Assembly (NCBI GenBank): GCA_963739455.1
Contig: CAVUAK010000001.1
Span: forward strand, 640,001 to 704,000
Direction of reading: 5' to 3'
Origin: an uncultured Gemmatimonadales bacterium
Lineage (GTDB): Bacteria; Gemmatimonadota; Gemmatimonadetes; Gemmatimonadales; GWC2-71-9
Length of the DNA: 64,000 nt
Made by a program: the position numbers and the translations under genes. Positions 29,269-38,546 of this stretch are shown in pieces (position 1 is the stretch's first letter; every line of letters starts with the position of its first letter). The notes below the pieces were generated by a model. That model was not told where the DNA came from. It did not search any database and saw only the letters and a program-made list of their open reading frames with translations.

Positions 29269-31650
29269 GTGGTTCGACAAGCACTGCGCCTCCTCCCCGC
29301 GGCCTGGGCACTCATGTGCTCCGGGCCGTTGGTGCTTCTTGCCCAGGATGCTCCCTACCGGACACAACTGAAGGACCTGTGTGAGGCGCTCGACAGTCGC
29401 GACGAGCGCCGCGCGGGTGGAGCTGATCAAGGCACGCTGGGATGCCCCGACAGGCAACCCGGTGGAACGGCTGGGCGACGCCTATGCGGAGCTCCGACTG
29501 GGCGCGCTCACGAACGAGCGTGAAGACGTGATCACGGCGTGGGATCACTTTGACCAGGCGGTGCGGGAGCACCCGGACTGGCCCTATGCGCGCCTGGGAC
29601 TCGCCAAGGCCGCGCTCGAGATCTACAGCCGGGGATATCTCCTTCCCGCCAGTTACGACGACGTCGTCGGTGGCACGCACTACGACGGGTACGTCATCGA
29701 GATGAAGCGGCTCCTGAAGGAGGAACCGACCTTCGAGCCCGCCATCACCTGGCTCGCGCAAACCCTGGTTGCGGAAGGCGACCGGGAGCAGCCCGGGGCG
29801 GTCCTGGGGCTGCTGCAGTACGCTGGCCGACTCGACGGGCAACGACGACCCGGAGGTCCAGCTCGTCCTGGCCCGCGCCGAGCGTCTCGAGGGGAGAACG
29901 GCGCAGTCGGTGCGCCGTATCGACGCGTACCTGCGTGAGGGTGGCGACTCCGGCATCGGTGACCTCGAGATGGCGCGTTCGCTCGCCTGGATGGGTGAAC
30001 TCGAGAACGCCGCGATCGAGTACGTGGCCGGGGCGCGGGTTCAGACCATCGAGGCACGGGCCGACTACCGCCGGGACCTGTCATGGGTCGCCACGCCGCC
30101 CGAGCTGGCGCGGTATGACAGCCTGCCGACGGATTCGGTCGGTGCATGGATTGGCCACTTCTGGAGCAAGCGCGACGTGCAGGAACTGCAGGCCCGACGG
30201 CAGCAGGCTACCCGAACACCTGCGACGGTGGGTGTACGTCAACCAGCACTTTCGCGTTGTCGATCCGGAGCGGCGCACCGCGTGGAAGACCGCGTACATG
30301 CCATGGACCGGCCCTGGGAGCCGCCCGCAGTGCATGGAGGACGGCGCCAACACGCTCGATGACTCGACTACACTGAGCCGGCCCGGCAGGGCGGCTTCCG
30401 CGCGCCGGAACGGGTATTCGATCATCGCGCCATCGTGTACATGCGCCACGGCGAGCCAATGTTCAAGTTCGGTGGTCCGCGCGACTCATTGAGCTACGGG
30501 CCACCAGCGCCGACGCAGATGGGCGGATCGGAGTCGTCACTCAAGGACATCTTCTGGCAGCCGGATGCCACCCGCAGCGTGACGTGGGTGTACCTCATGG
30601 GCGGCCAGTTCCGCGTCTTTACCTTCATGGGGGATCTCGCGCTGGGACGGGACAGCCCAACCACCATGATCCTCTACCAGCCGCCCAGCCTCTACGTCTT
30701 GCAAGAACTGGCGGTGTTGTCGTCGTCGTACGCCCGGCTTGCCGGCTCCACCCAGGTGAATGCATTCAGCGGCAACCGGATGCTGTCGGGCGACTGTGAC
30801 CGCTGGCAACAGGACGTTGTCCGCCAGCAGCGAACCGACGCCGTGCTGGCGGTCAGCACAGATACCTACACGCGCCGCTTCTCGAAGCCGCTCACCACCG
30901 CGTACCAGCTTTCGGCGCTGGGCCAGCCGACGGCGGGCACGGCGGAATTGCTTGCGGTGCTTGCCGTCCGCCCGAGCGAACTCGCGGTCGAGCCGATGGA
31001 CGACGACACCAGCAACGTGCGGTTCAGGCTGCGTCTCCAGATGGCCGCCATCGACAGCTTGACTGGCGAATCGGTGCAAGCAGATACCGTGCGACGCTTC
31101 GTGACCTCGCGAGAGATGATACGAACCGACGGCTGGATCTCGTTCGCGGAGACACTGGCGCTCAGGCCGGGACTGCGGGCGAGTACGACTCTCCGTAGAA
31201 CAGGATGACGACCGCGGCAGCGTCATCGGCGCACCCATCGTGCCCGCGGGCGCGGACTTCTCGGCCAGCGACATCGTGCTGGGCGGCGAGCGCCGGTCGT
31301 TGCCGGTACAGCGCCACGGGACGACCGTGATGGCCAGTGCGTTCAGTTTGTACACCGTCGGCCAGGCGGTGCAGCTCTACTACGAACTGTATGGCCTGAC
31401 GACCGGGGGTTCATACCGCACGAAGGTGTCCCTCCGGCGCGCTGGCGACACCAGGTTCGCCAGCTCGCTGTCGTTCACCGATCATGCATCCGGTTCCACA
31501 ATGGCATCCAGCAGGTCGCTCACACTCAACAACGTGAAGCCGGGCGAGTACGACCTGATCGTGGCCGTGGATGAGGTTTCCACGAGGCGCCAAGTGGTGC
31601 GTCAGCGCACAATCACGGTGGAAAAGGCCTCGGTCCCTGAGACCCGGTGA
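29269..31650 (+). CDS. Secreted GWxTD-like domain protein, paralog 1; about 5 frameshifts (near 29398, 29822, 30190, 30364, 31180)
   Basis: Collinear with intact paralogs 3 and 4: AQDAPYR, HPDWPYA, FWSKRD, EHLRRW, DHRAIVYMRHGEP, VKPGEYDL. Confidence 0.75.
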
Positions 31651-34034
31651 GCGCCTCCGAAAGGGCCTGGCCCTGCTCACGACCTGGGTACTCATGTGCT
31701 CCGGGCCGGTGGTGCATGCCCAGGATGCTCCCTACCGGATACAGCTGAAGGACCTGTGCGAGGCGCTCGACAGTACGACGAGCGTGCCGCGCGTGGAGCA
31801 GATCAAGGCGCGCTGGGATGCCCCGAAAGACAACCCGGTTGAACGCCTGGGCGACGCCTACGCGGAGCTCCGCCTTGGCGCGCTCACGAATGAGCGTGAC
31901 ATCGTGATCACTGCGTGGGAGCACTTTGACCAGGTCGTGCGGGTACATCCGGACTGGCCCTATGCACGCCTCGGACTCGCGAAGGCGGCGCTCGAGATTT
32001 ACAGCCGGCGGTACCCTCTTCCCGCCATGTATGACGACGTCCCTGGCGGCACGCACTACGACGGATACGTCATCGAAATGAAGCGGCTCCTGACGGAGGA
32101 ACCGACCTTCGAGCCGGCCATCACCTGGCTGGCTGAAATGCTGAGCGCGGAGGCCGACCGCGAGCAGCCGAAGGCGGTCCTGGAACTCCTGCAGTACGCG
32201 GCCGATTCCGCGGGCAATCACGACCCGGAAATCCAGCTCATCCTGGCCCGCGCCGAGCGGCTCGACGGGGACGTGCCCCAGTCGGTGCGCCGTATCGATG
32301 CCTACGTGCGGGAGGGCGGCGACTCCGGCATCGGTGACCTCGAGATGGCGCACTCGCTCGCCTGGATCGGTGAACTCGAGAATGCCGCGATCGAGTACAT
32401 GGCGGGCGCCCACGTACCGACCATCGAGGCGCGGGCCGACTACCGCCGGGACCTGTCGTGGGTGGCCAAGCCTCGCGAGCTGGAGCAATACGACAGCCTG
32501 CCGGCGGATTCAATTGGCGCGTGGATTGACCACTTCTGGACCAAGCGTGACGCGCAGGAGTTGCGCCCGGACGGCAGCCGACTGCAGGAGCACCTGCGGC
32601 GCTGGGTGTACGTCAGCCTGAACTATCGCGTGCCTGATCCCGGGCGCCGCACGGCGCTTCGCAAGGTGTCCGTCTACTATGTTGGTGGCACGCCATGCCA
32701 AGAGAGCGGTGCCAACTCACTCGATGACTATGACTACACTGAACCGGCGCGAGAGGGTGGCTTTCGTACCTGGGAGCGCGTGTTCAACCACCGCGCCATC
32801 GTCTACATGCGGCATGGTGAACCGACATACCGACTGGGAGGCGACTACGCCAAGCTGAGCTACGGCTCCAACGACCGGACCAATCCGGCACTGGAGAATT
32901 CTCCCCTCCTGGCCACGGGACCGCGCGGACCGGTCAAAGCCGATGTGCCCGTACAGGTCGGGTTCGAGCACGACGTCACCTGGGTCTACTTCATTGGTGG
33001 AGAGCTTCGCGTCTTCAACTTCGGCGGCAGTGACGCGCTTGGGTCCAACACCGCCGGCACGCTCTACGTCAGCTCACCTCCACGCCTCGGCATGTTGCAG
33101 CAACTCGCGCCGCTGTCCCCCATGTACGCGCGCCTGTATCAGGAGGCCGAGTTCGCCACGCTTCAGAAGCCCGATCATCCCGCTCGAATGCCAACGGGGA
33201 TACCTCGCGGCCATCAAGCACCAGCGAGAGGACGCCGCAGTCGCGCTGAAGACGGACAGCTATCTCCGAAAGTTCGCGCAACCGATGCAGGCGGCGATGC
33301 AGCTGGCGGCGATGGGCCAGCCCGAACGTGGCACCGGCGAACTGGTTGCCGTGCTCGCCGTGCGCACCGGCGAGCTGGCCGCCGAGCCCGTGCCGGGAGA
33401 CAGCAGTAAGGTGCATCTCCGCGGTGCGACTGCAGACTGGCCGCCATCGACAGCCTCACCGGCGAGGCTGTCCGCCTGGATACGGTTCGGCAATTCGTGA
33501 GCACGAAGGAGATGGTGCAGCAAAACGCGTGGCTCTCGTTCATAACAAAAGTGCCGCTCCGGCCCGGGCTGCGCGAAGTACGGCTGTCGGTGGAGGAGGA
33601 CGACCGTGGCAGCGTGTTCGACGCGGCGATCGACCCCGCGGGCGCCGACTTCTCGGTAAGCGACCTCGTGCTGGGGAGCGACCGCGGGGCCGTGGCGTGG
33701 CGGCGGGACGACGCAACCGTGGGAGTGAGCCCGTTCATGGCCTACCTGGTCGGGGATCCGGTGCCCCATCTACTACGAACTGTACGGGCTGCAGGGCGGC
33801 GGCACCTATCGCACGACCGTGGGGCTTCGCCGCTTCGGCGATACGAAGCTGGCGAGCAGCCTGTCCTTTACCGACAACGCAAGCGCTCCCACGGCGACGT
33901 CGAACCGGGCACTCACCCTGAACGACGTGAAACCGGGGCCGTACGAACTGGTCGTCACGGTGGACGAGATGGCGACCGGCCGGCGCGTGGTGCGCCAGCG
34001 GGCGATCTCGGTCGAGGCACGCCCCCGCCCTTGA
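31647..34034 (+). CDS. Secreted GWxTD-like domain protein, paralog 2; about 4 internal frameshifts (near 33170, 33420, 33437, 33765) and an unclear start
   Basis: Same motif series; 5' half nearly identical to paralog 1. Confidence 0.75.
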
Positions 34035-34059
34035 CACCCGCCGTTCCCGGGACGAAACT
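34031..34059 (+). promoter_or_regulatory. Sigma70-type promoter of the aromatic leader/attenuator
   Basis: TTGACA-N17-GAAACT, 7 nt before ATG 34067. Confidence 0.6.
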
Positions 34060-34066
34060 CTCCTGC

Positions 34067-34147
34067 ATGAATATCCGCTCGTGGGACTTCTATTTCTTTA
34101 CCAGCGCCGGCGCGGCTCGAGCTGCGTCCGGTTCCGGTAGCGTGTAG
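34067..34147 (+). CDS. Aromatic amino acid leader peptide MNIRSWDFYFFTSAGAARAASGSGSV
   Basis: W/F/Y/F/F cluster upstream of pheA-aroF, followed by antiterminator and terminator. Confidence 0.85.
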   Translation: MNIRSWDFYFFTSAGAARAASGSGSV

Positions 34148-34170
34148 TCGCGCAACCAGAACGGACCCTC

Positions 34171-34208
34171 GACGCCCCGCCGGCAGCAGCCGGCGGGGCG
34201 TTTTCGTT
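34171..34208 (+). terminator. Attenuator terminator
   Basis: GACGCCCCGCCGGC-AGCA-GCCGGCGGGGCGTT then TTCGTT. Confidence 0.85.
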
Positions 34209-34244
34209 GTCAGCACATATCGACACTCGGCACAACACAGGAGC

Positions 34245-35966
34245 ATGACCCCAATGCGCGTAGCAATCCAGGGAACCCACGGCGCCTTCAGTGAAGCAGC
34301 TGCACGGCGCCGATGGCCCGAGCTCGAGGCGGTTCCCTGCCGTGAGGTCGCCGACGCAGTGGCCGCGGTGCGCGAGGGACGCGCCGATGCCGGTTGCCTC
34401 CCTATCGAGAACTCGCTGATCGGTTCCGTCACCGCCACGTACGACCTGCTGCACGAAGCCTTCGGCGACGGCACGCTGGCACTGACACACGAGACGCTGC
34501 TGCCGGTGCATCACACGATCATGGCGGTGCCCGGTGCCCGGGTGGAGGACATCAAGCGGGTCTACTCGCACCCGGTGGCCCTGGGCCAGTGCCGCCGCTG
34601 GCTCTCGAAGCACCTGCCAAACGCAGAGCTGGTCAGTGCGTGGGATACGGCCGGAAGCGCAGAGATGGTGGCGGCACACGGCGACCTGACCGAGGCCGCG
34701 ATCGCGGCGCTGCCGGCCGCGGCGGCTCATGGCCTGGTGCCGCTGGCGGAGCGGATCGAGGATGATCCCACCAACCAGACGCGCTTCCTCATCTTCAGCC
34801 GACAGGGTGCACCGGTCGTGCCCGCTGGCGCCGGGCCCTACAAGACCTCGCTCATCGTGTCGCTGGACCACCGGCCCGGCATGCTGGCGCATACGCTGCT
34901 CGCCTTCAGTGCGCGCGGCGTCAACCTCACTGCACTGCAGTCGCGGCCCGAGCCATCGGCGCCGTGGACATACCGGTTCTATGTAGACGTGGAAGGTGCC
35001 GCGACCGAGCCACGGGTCGCAGAGGCGCTGGAGGAGGTCGAGGCGCTGGCGGCGCAATTGATCGTCGTCGGCAGTTACGAGGCGTGGACCGAGGGCGTTC
35101 CCGGTTTCCGGATTTTCCACCCGACGCCGGCGCACCACGTGAAGAAGCCGGATATCCCGCTCATCGACCGGCGTCGTGCGCCGTCGGGCTCGATCGTGAA
35201 GGTGCGTCACCTCGAGTTCGGGGGCGAGAGGCCAGTGCTGATCGCCGGACCATGCTCGGTAGAGAGCCGGGAAATGATCCTGGAGACCGCCGAGGCGGTG
35301 GCCGCGGCGGGCGGCGACATGCTGCGGGGCGGCGCGTTCAAGCCGAGAACGTCGCCGTACGACTTCCAGGGACTGGGCGTGAAGGGCCTGCGCTATCTCG
35401 CAGAAGCGCGCGAACGCACGGGGCTCCCGATCGTCACCGAGGTATTGAGCTGGGAAGAGGTTCCGCTGGTGGCGCAGTTCGCCGACATGCTGCAGATCGG
35501 TGCCCGTAACATGCAGAACTTCTCCCTGCTCAGGGCGGCGGCACGGAGCGGCGTGCCCGTGCTGCTCAAGCGCGGGGCAGGCGCCACGATCGAGGAGTGG
35601 CTGATGGCGGCGGAGTATGTGCTGGCGGAGGGCAACCCGAACGTGGTGCTGTGCGAGCGCGGCATCCGCACCTTCGAGCGGGCAACGCGACACACGCTCG
35701 ACCTGAATGCGGTGGTGCTGGTGCGCGAACGGTCACATTTGCCCGTTGTGGTAGACCCGAGTCACGCGGCGGGTGTGGCGAGCCTGGTTACCCCACTCGC
35801 CGAAGCATCACTTGCGGCCGGAGCGGCGGGGCTCATTGTTGAGGTACACCCGAACCCGAAGCAGGCAATGAGTGACGGGCCACAGAGTCTCGACATCCCG
35901 ATGTTCGAGGAACTCGCGCGACGGGTGCACCCGCACCTCGCGCAGAGCACACTACTGCGAGCGTAG
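34245..35966 (+). CDS. pheA-aroF: Fusion: prephenate dehydratase-ACT + type I-beta DAHP synthase
   Basis: G..GAFSE, PIENS..GSV, SHPVALGQC, NQTRF, LQSRP (ACT); then IAGPCSVE, GGAFKPRTSPY, QIGARNMQN, CERGIRTF, DPSH. Confidence 0.92.
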   Translation: MTPMRVAIQGTHGAFSEAAARRRWPELEAVPCREVADAVAAVREGRADAGCLPIENSLIGSVTATYDLLHEAFGDGTLALTHETLLPVHHTIMAVPGARVEDIKRVYSHPVALGQCRRWLSKHLPNAELVSAWDTAGSAEMVAAHGDLTEAAIAALPAAAAHGLVPLAERIEDDPTNQTRFLIFSRQGAPVVPAGAGPYKTSLIVSLDHRPGMLAHTLLAFSARGVNLTALQSRPEPSAPWTYRFYVDVEGAATEPRVAEALEEVEALAAQLIVVGSYEAWTEGVPGFRIFHPTPAHHVKKPDIPLIDRRRAPSGSIVKVRHLEFGGERPVLIAGPCSVESREMILETAEAVAAAGGDMLRGGAFKPRTSPYDFQGLGVKGLRYLAEARERTGLPIVTEVLSWEEVPLVAQFADMLQIGARNMQNFSLLRAAARSGVPVLLKRGAGATIEEWLMAAEYVLAEGNPNVVLCERGIRTFERATRHTLDLNAVVLVRERSHLPVVVDPSHAAGVASLVTPLAEASLAAGAAGLIVEVHPNPKQAMSDGPQSLDIPMFEELARRVHPHLAQSTLLRA

Positions 35967-35982
35967 GTCAATCGTCCCATGG

Positions 35983-36019
35983 CAGGGGGCCCGGTGCGCT
36001 GTGCGTGCCGGGCCCCCTG
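35983..36019 (+). terminator. Strong hairpin after pheA-aroF (terminator or REP-like)
   Basis: 17-bp stem with G-U pairs, 3-nt loop, no U tract. Confidence 0.5.
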
Positions 36020-36062
36020 GCGCGTCATAGCCCCAAGGCCGCAGCAGAAACCAGGGGGATGC

Positions 36063-38489
36063 ATGTCCCACCGCGCCACGACGGGAAGGCGGTTCACTTC
36101 CTTCCGCGTGATTGTCGCAATATTTGCGTTCGCGCTGCCCCTGCACGCCCAGGATGCGCCCTACCGTCCCGCACTCGCGTCGCTGCGAGCCGCCCTCGAC
36201 AGCGAGGGCACTCCCCTCGGAATTGATCGCATTGCCGCCCATTGGGATTCCACGGCGGCATCGCCAACCAGGCGCCTTGGCAAGGCCTACATCGAGTTAC
36301 GCCGCGGCATCGTCGAGAACGACAAGGGCATTCTTCAGTCCGCCTGGGACGGATTCGACCAAGTGGTCAACGTGCATCCGGATTGGCCCTACGCCGTCCT
36401 GGGGCTCGCGATTTCGGCCCTCGAGATCGATATGCGCGGGTACAAGGTGCCCGGCATCTACGACGGGAGCCCCGGCCTCACGCACTACGAGGGAGCGGCG
36501 AAGCAGTTTGCGCGGCTCCTCGCCGAGGAACCCGATTTCCAGCCGGCGCTGGATTGGATCGCGAGCAGCCTGCTGACCGACGAAGGGGATCGGCTGCAGC
36601 CAGAGGCGTTCATGCAGGCGCTGGGCAAGGCGATCGACAAGGATTCATCCGCCGACCCCCGGCTCCAGCTCATGGTGGCGCGATCCCTCCGGCAGCAGGG
36701 GAATGGGCCTGAGTCAGTGCGACGCATTGAACTGTACCTGCGCCAGGGCGGAGACAGTGGCGTCGGCGAGTTCGAGCTGGCCCGGTCGCTCGCCAGCATG
36801 GATTCGCTGGCCCAGGGCGCGCGGGCGTACCTGGCAGGCGCGCAAGTCAGGACCTCGCCCACGCGTGCCATCTACCGGCTGGATCTCTCCTGGGTGGCCG
36901 CACCTCTCGAACTTGCCATTTTCGACAGCCTGCCCGCCGATTCCGTGGGCGCGTACGTGGCCCGGTTCTGGGACCAGCGTGACGCGCGCGAGTTCCGGGA
37001 CCCGGGGAGCAGGCTGCAGGAACACCTGCGTCGCTGGGCGTACATCAACCAGCACTTTCGGATCGCCGATCCCGGCGCGGTATCGGTGATGCAAAAGGTC
37101 CTGATTCCCAACCCGAACGAGAAGTGTGCGCTCGGGGGCACCATGACGATGGAAGACTACCAGTTCGTGCATCCCGCCTCGCCGACGGACTATCGGGCCG
37201 GCGAGAGGATCTTCGACCACCGTGCAGTCGTCTACATGCGACATGGCGAGCCGCTGTACAAGTTCGGTGGTGACACGCTCTCGCTGGCGGTCAATGCGAC
37301 GCAGCGGCAGGGTGGAGGCGGGAACCTCAGCGGGGGCGCGACGATGGACCAGTATGACCCGGTGATTGCACGAAACGGCGCGACCTCGATGGGCCTCGCC
37401 GAGATTCCGCTATCGCGCGTGACGCAGCCCTTCCTCGATCGCAACGTCACCTGGGTGTACATGATGGAAGGGCAGCTGCGGGCCTTCACCTTCATGGGCC
37501 ACGTTGCGCTGGGCACGGCGCATCCCACGACCTTGATCGTCTACATGCCGCCAAACCTGGACGTGCTTCTCCGGCTTTCGCAGGTCAGTTCGTCCTATGC
37601 CCAGCTCGCCGGCATGACGCAGTCGTACCAGGCCACCGGCGGTGGAATGATTCCCTTGACCTGCCAGCCAGAGTATCGCGACGTCGTGGCGGAGCAGCAG
37701 CATGGCGCCGATGTCGCGCTGCACACCGACAGCTACCTGGAGCTGTTTGCGCATCCGATCGGCGCGTCGATCCAGCTCGCAGCAGTGGGACAGCCGGCGC
37801 TCGGCACGGGCGAGCTCGTCGCTGCCATCGGGTTGCGTGTTCAGGATCTTCAGGAGGTCGAGGGGGTGGGCGACGCGAGCCGGGCGGCATACGCCGTACG
37901 CGTACGCATCGCGGCCATCGACAGCGTGACGGGTGAGGTGGCAAGGACTGACACGGTGCGGCGGTTTGCGGCTCCCAGAGCTGACAGCGGCTGGCTGCCG
38001 TTCATCGTGACGCTTCCGATCAGGAAGGGCTTCAAGGAGGTGCGGGTATCGCTGCAACAGGGGGACGATCGTGGCGCCACCCTGGCTTCCACCATCCAGC
38101 CCGCCGGCGCGGCATTCGCCGCAAGCGACCTGGTCCTGGGCGCCGAGGCGGGAGCGGCATCCTGGCGTCGCGATGGGGGCGTGGTACCGATGACCCCGTT
38201 CAGCACCTATCCCACGAGCGGTGCGGTGCTCATCTACCAGGAGCTGTACGGCCTCAAGCCCGGCGCGAAGTACCGCACGATGATCTCGCTGCGGAAGGCG
38301 GGGGACCCGAAGGCCAAGAGCGCCATTTCCTTCGAGGATGGTGCTTCCGGATCGACCATGGCGTCTTCTCGTCGACTGACGCTCGACCAGGTGAAGCCGG
38401 GAACGTATGACCTTGTGGTGGAGGTGCAGGAGCAGTCGACCGGCCGGAGCCTGCGGCGCACCCGCACCATCACGGTCACGGCGCACTAG
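36063..38489 (+). CDS. Secreted GWxTD-like domain protein, paralog 3 (intact)
   Basis: Signal peptide LHA-QDAPYR; FWDQRD, RLQEHLRRW, DHRAVVYMRHGEP; C-terminal Ig-like beta domains. Confidence 0.8.
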   Translation: MSHRATTGRRFTSFRVIVAIFAFALPLHAQDAPYRPALASLRAALDSEGTPLGIDRIAAHWDSTAASPTRRLGKAYIELRRGIVENDKGILQSAWDGFDQVVNVHPDWPYAVLGLAISALEIDMRGYKVPGIYDGSPGLTHYEGAAKQFARLLAEEPDFQPALDWIASSLLTDEGDRLQPEAFMQALGKAIDKDSSADPRLQLMVARSLRQQGNGPESVRRIELYLRQGGDSGVGEFELARSLASMDSLAQGARAYLAGAQVRTSPTRAIYRLDLSWVAAPLELAIFDSLPADSVGAYVARFWDQRDAREFRDPGSRLQEHLRRWAYINQHFRIADPGAVSVMQKVLIPNPNEKCALGGTMTMEDYQFVHPASPTDYRAGERIFDHRAVVYMRHGEPLYKFGGDTLSLAVNATQRQGGGGNLSGGATMDQYDPVIARNGATSMGLAEIPLSRVTQPFLDRNVTWVYMMEGQLRAFTFMGHVALGTAHPTTLIVYMPPNLDVLLRLSQVSSSYAQLAGMTQSYQATGGGMIPLTCQPEYRDVVAEQQHGADVALHTDSYLELFAHPIGASIQLAAVGQPALGTGELVAAIGLRVQDLQEVEGVGDASRAAYAVRVRIAAIDSVTGEVARTDTVRRFAAPRADSGWLPFIVTLPIRKGFKEVRVSLQQGDDRGATLASTIQPAGAAFAASDLVLGAEAGAASWRRDGGVVPMTPFSTYPTSGAVLIYQELYGLKPGAKYRTMISLRKAGDPKAKSAISFEDGASGSTMASSRRLTLDQVKPGTYDLVVEVQEQSTGRSLRRTRTITVTAH

Positions 38490-38546
38490 CTCGCCGCTGT
38501 GTGCGGGCCCGCTCGTGTCGCGCGTCCTCCTTGATCATTCCATGAT

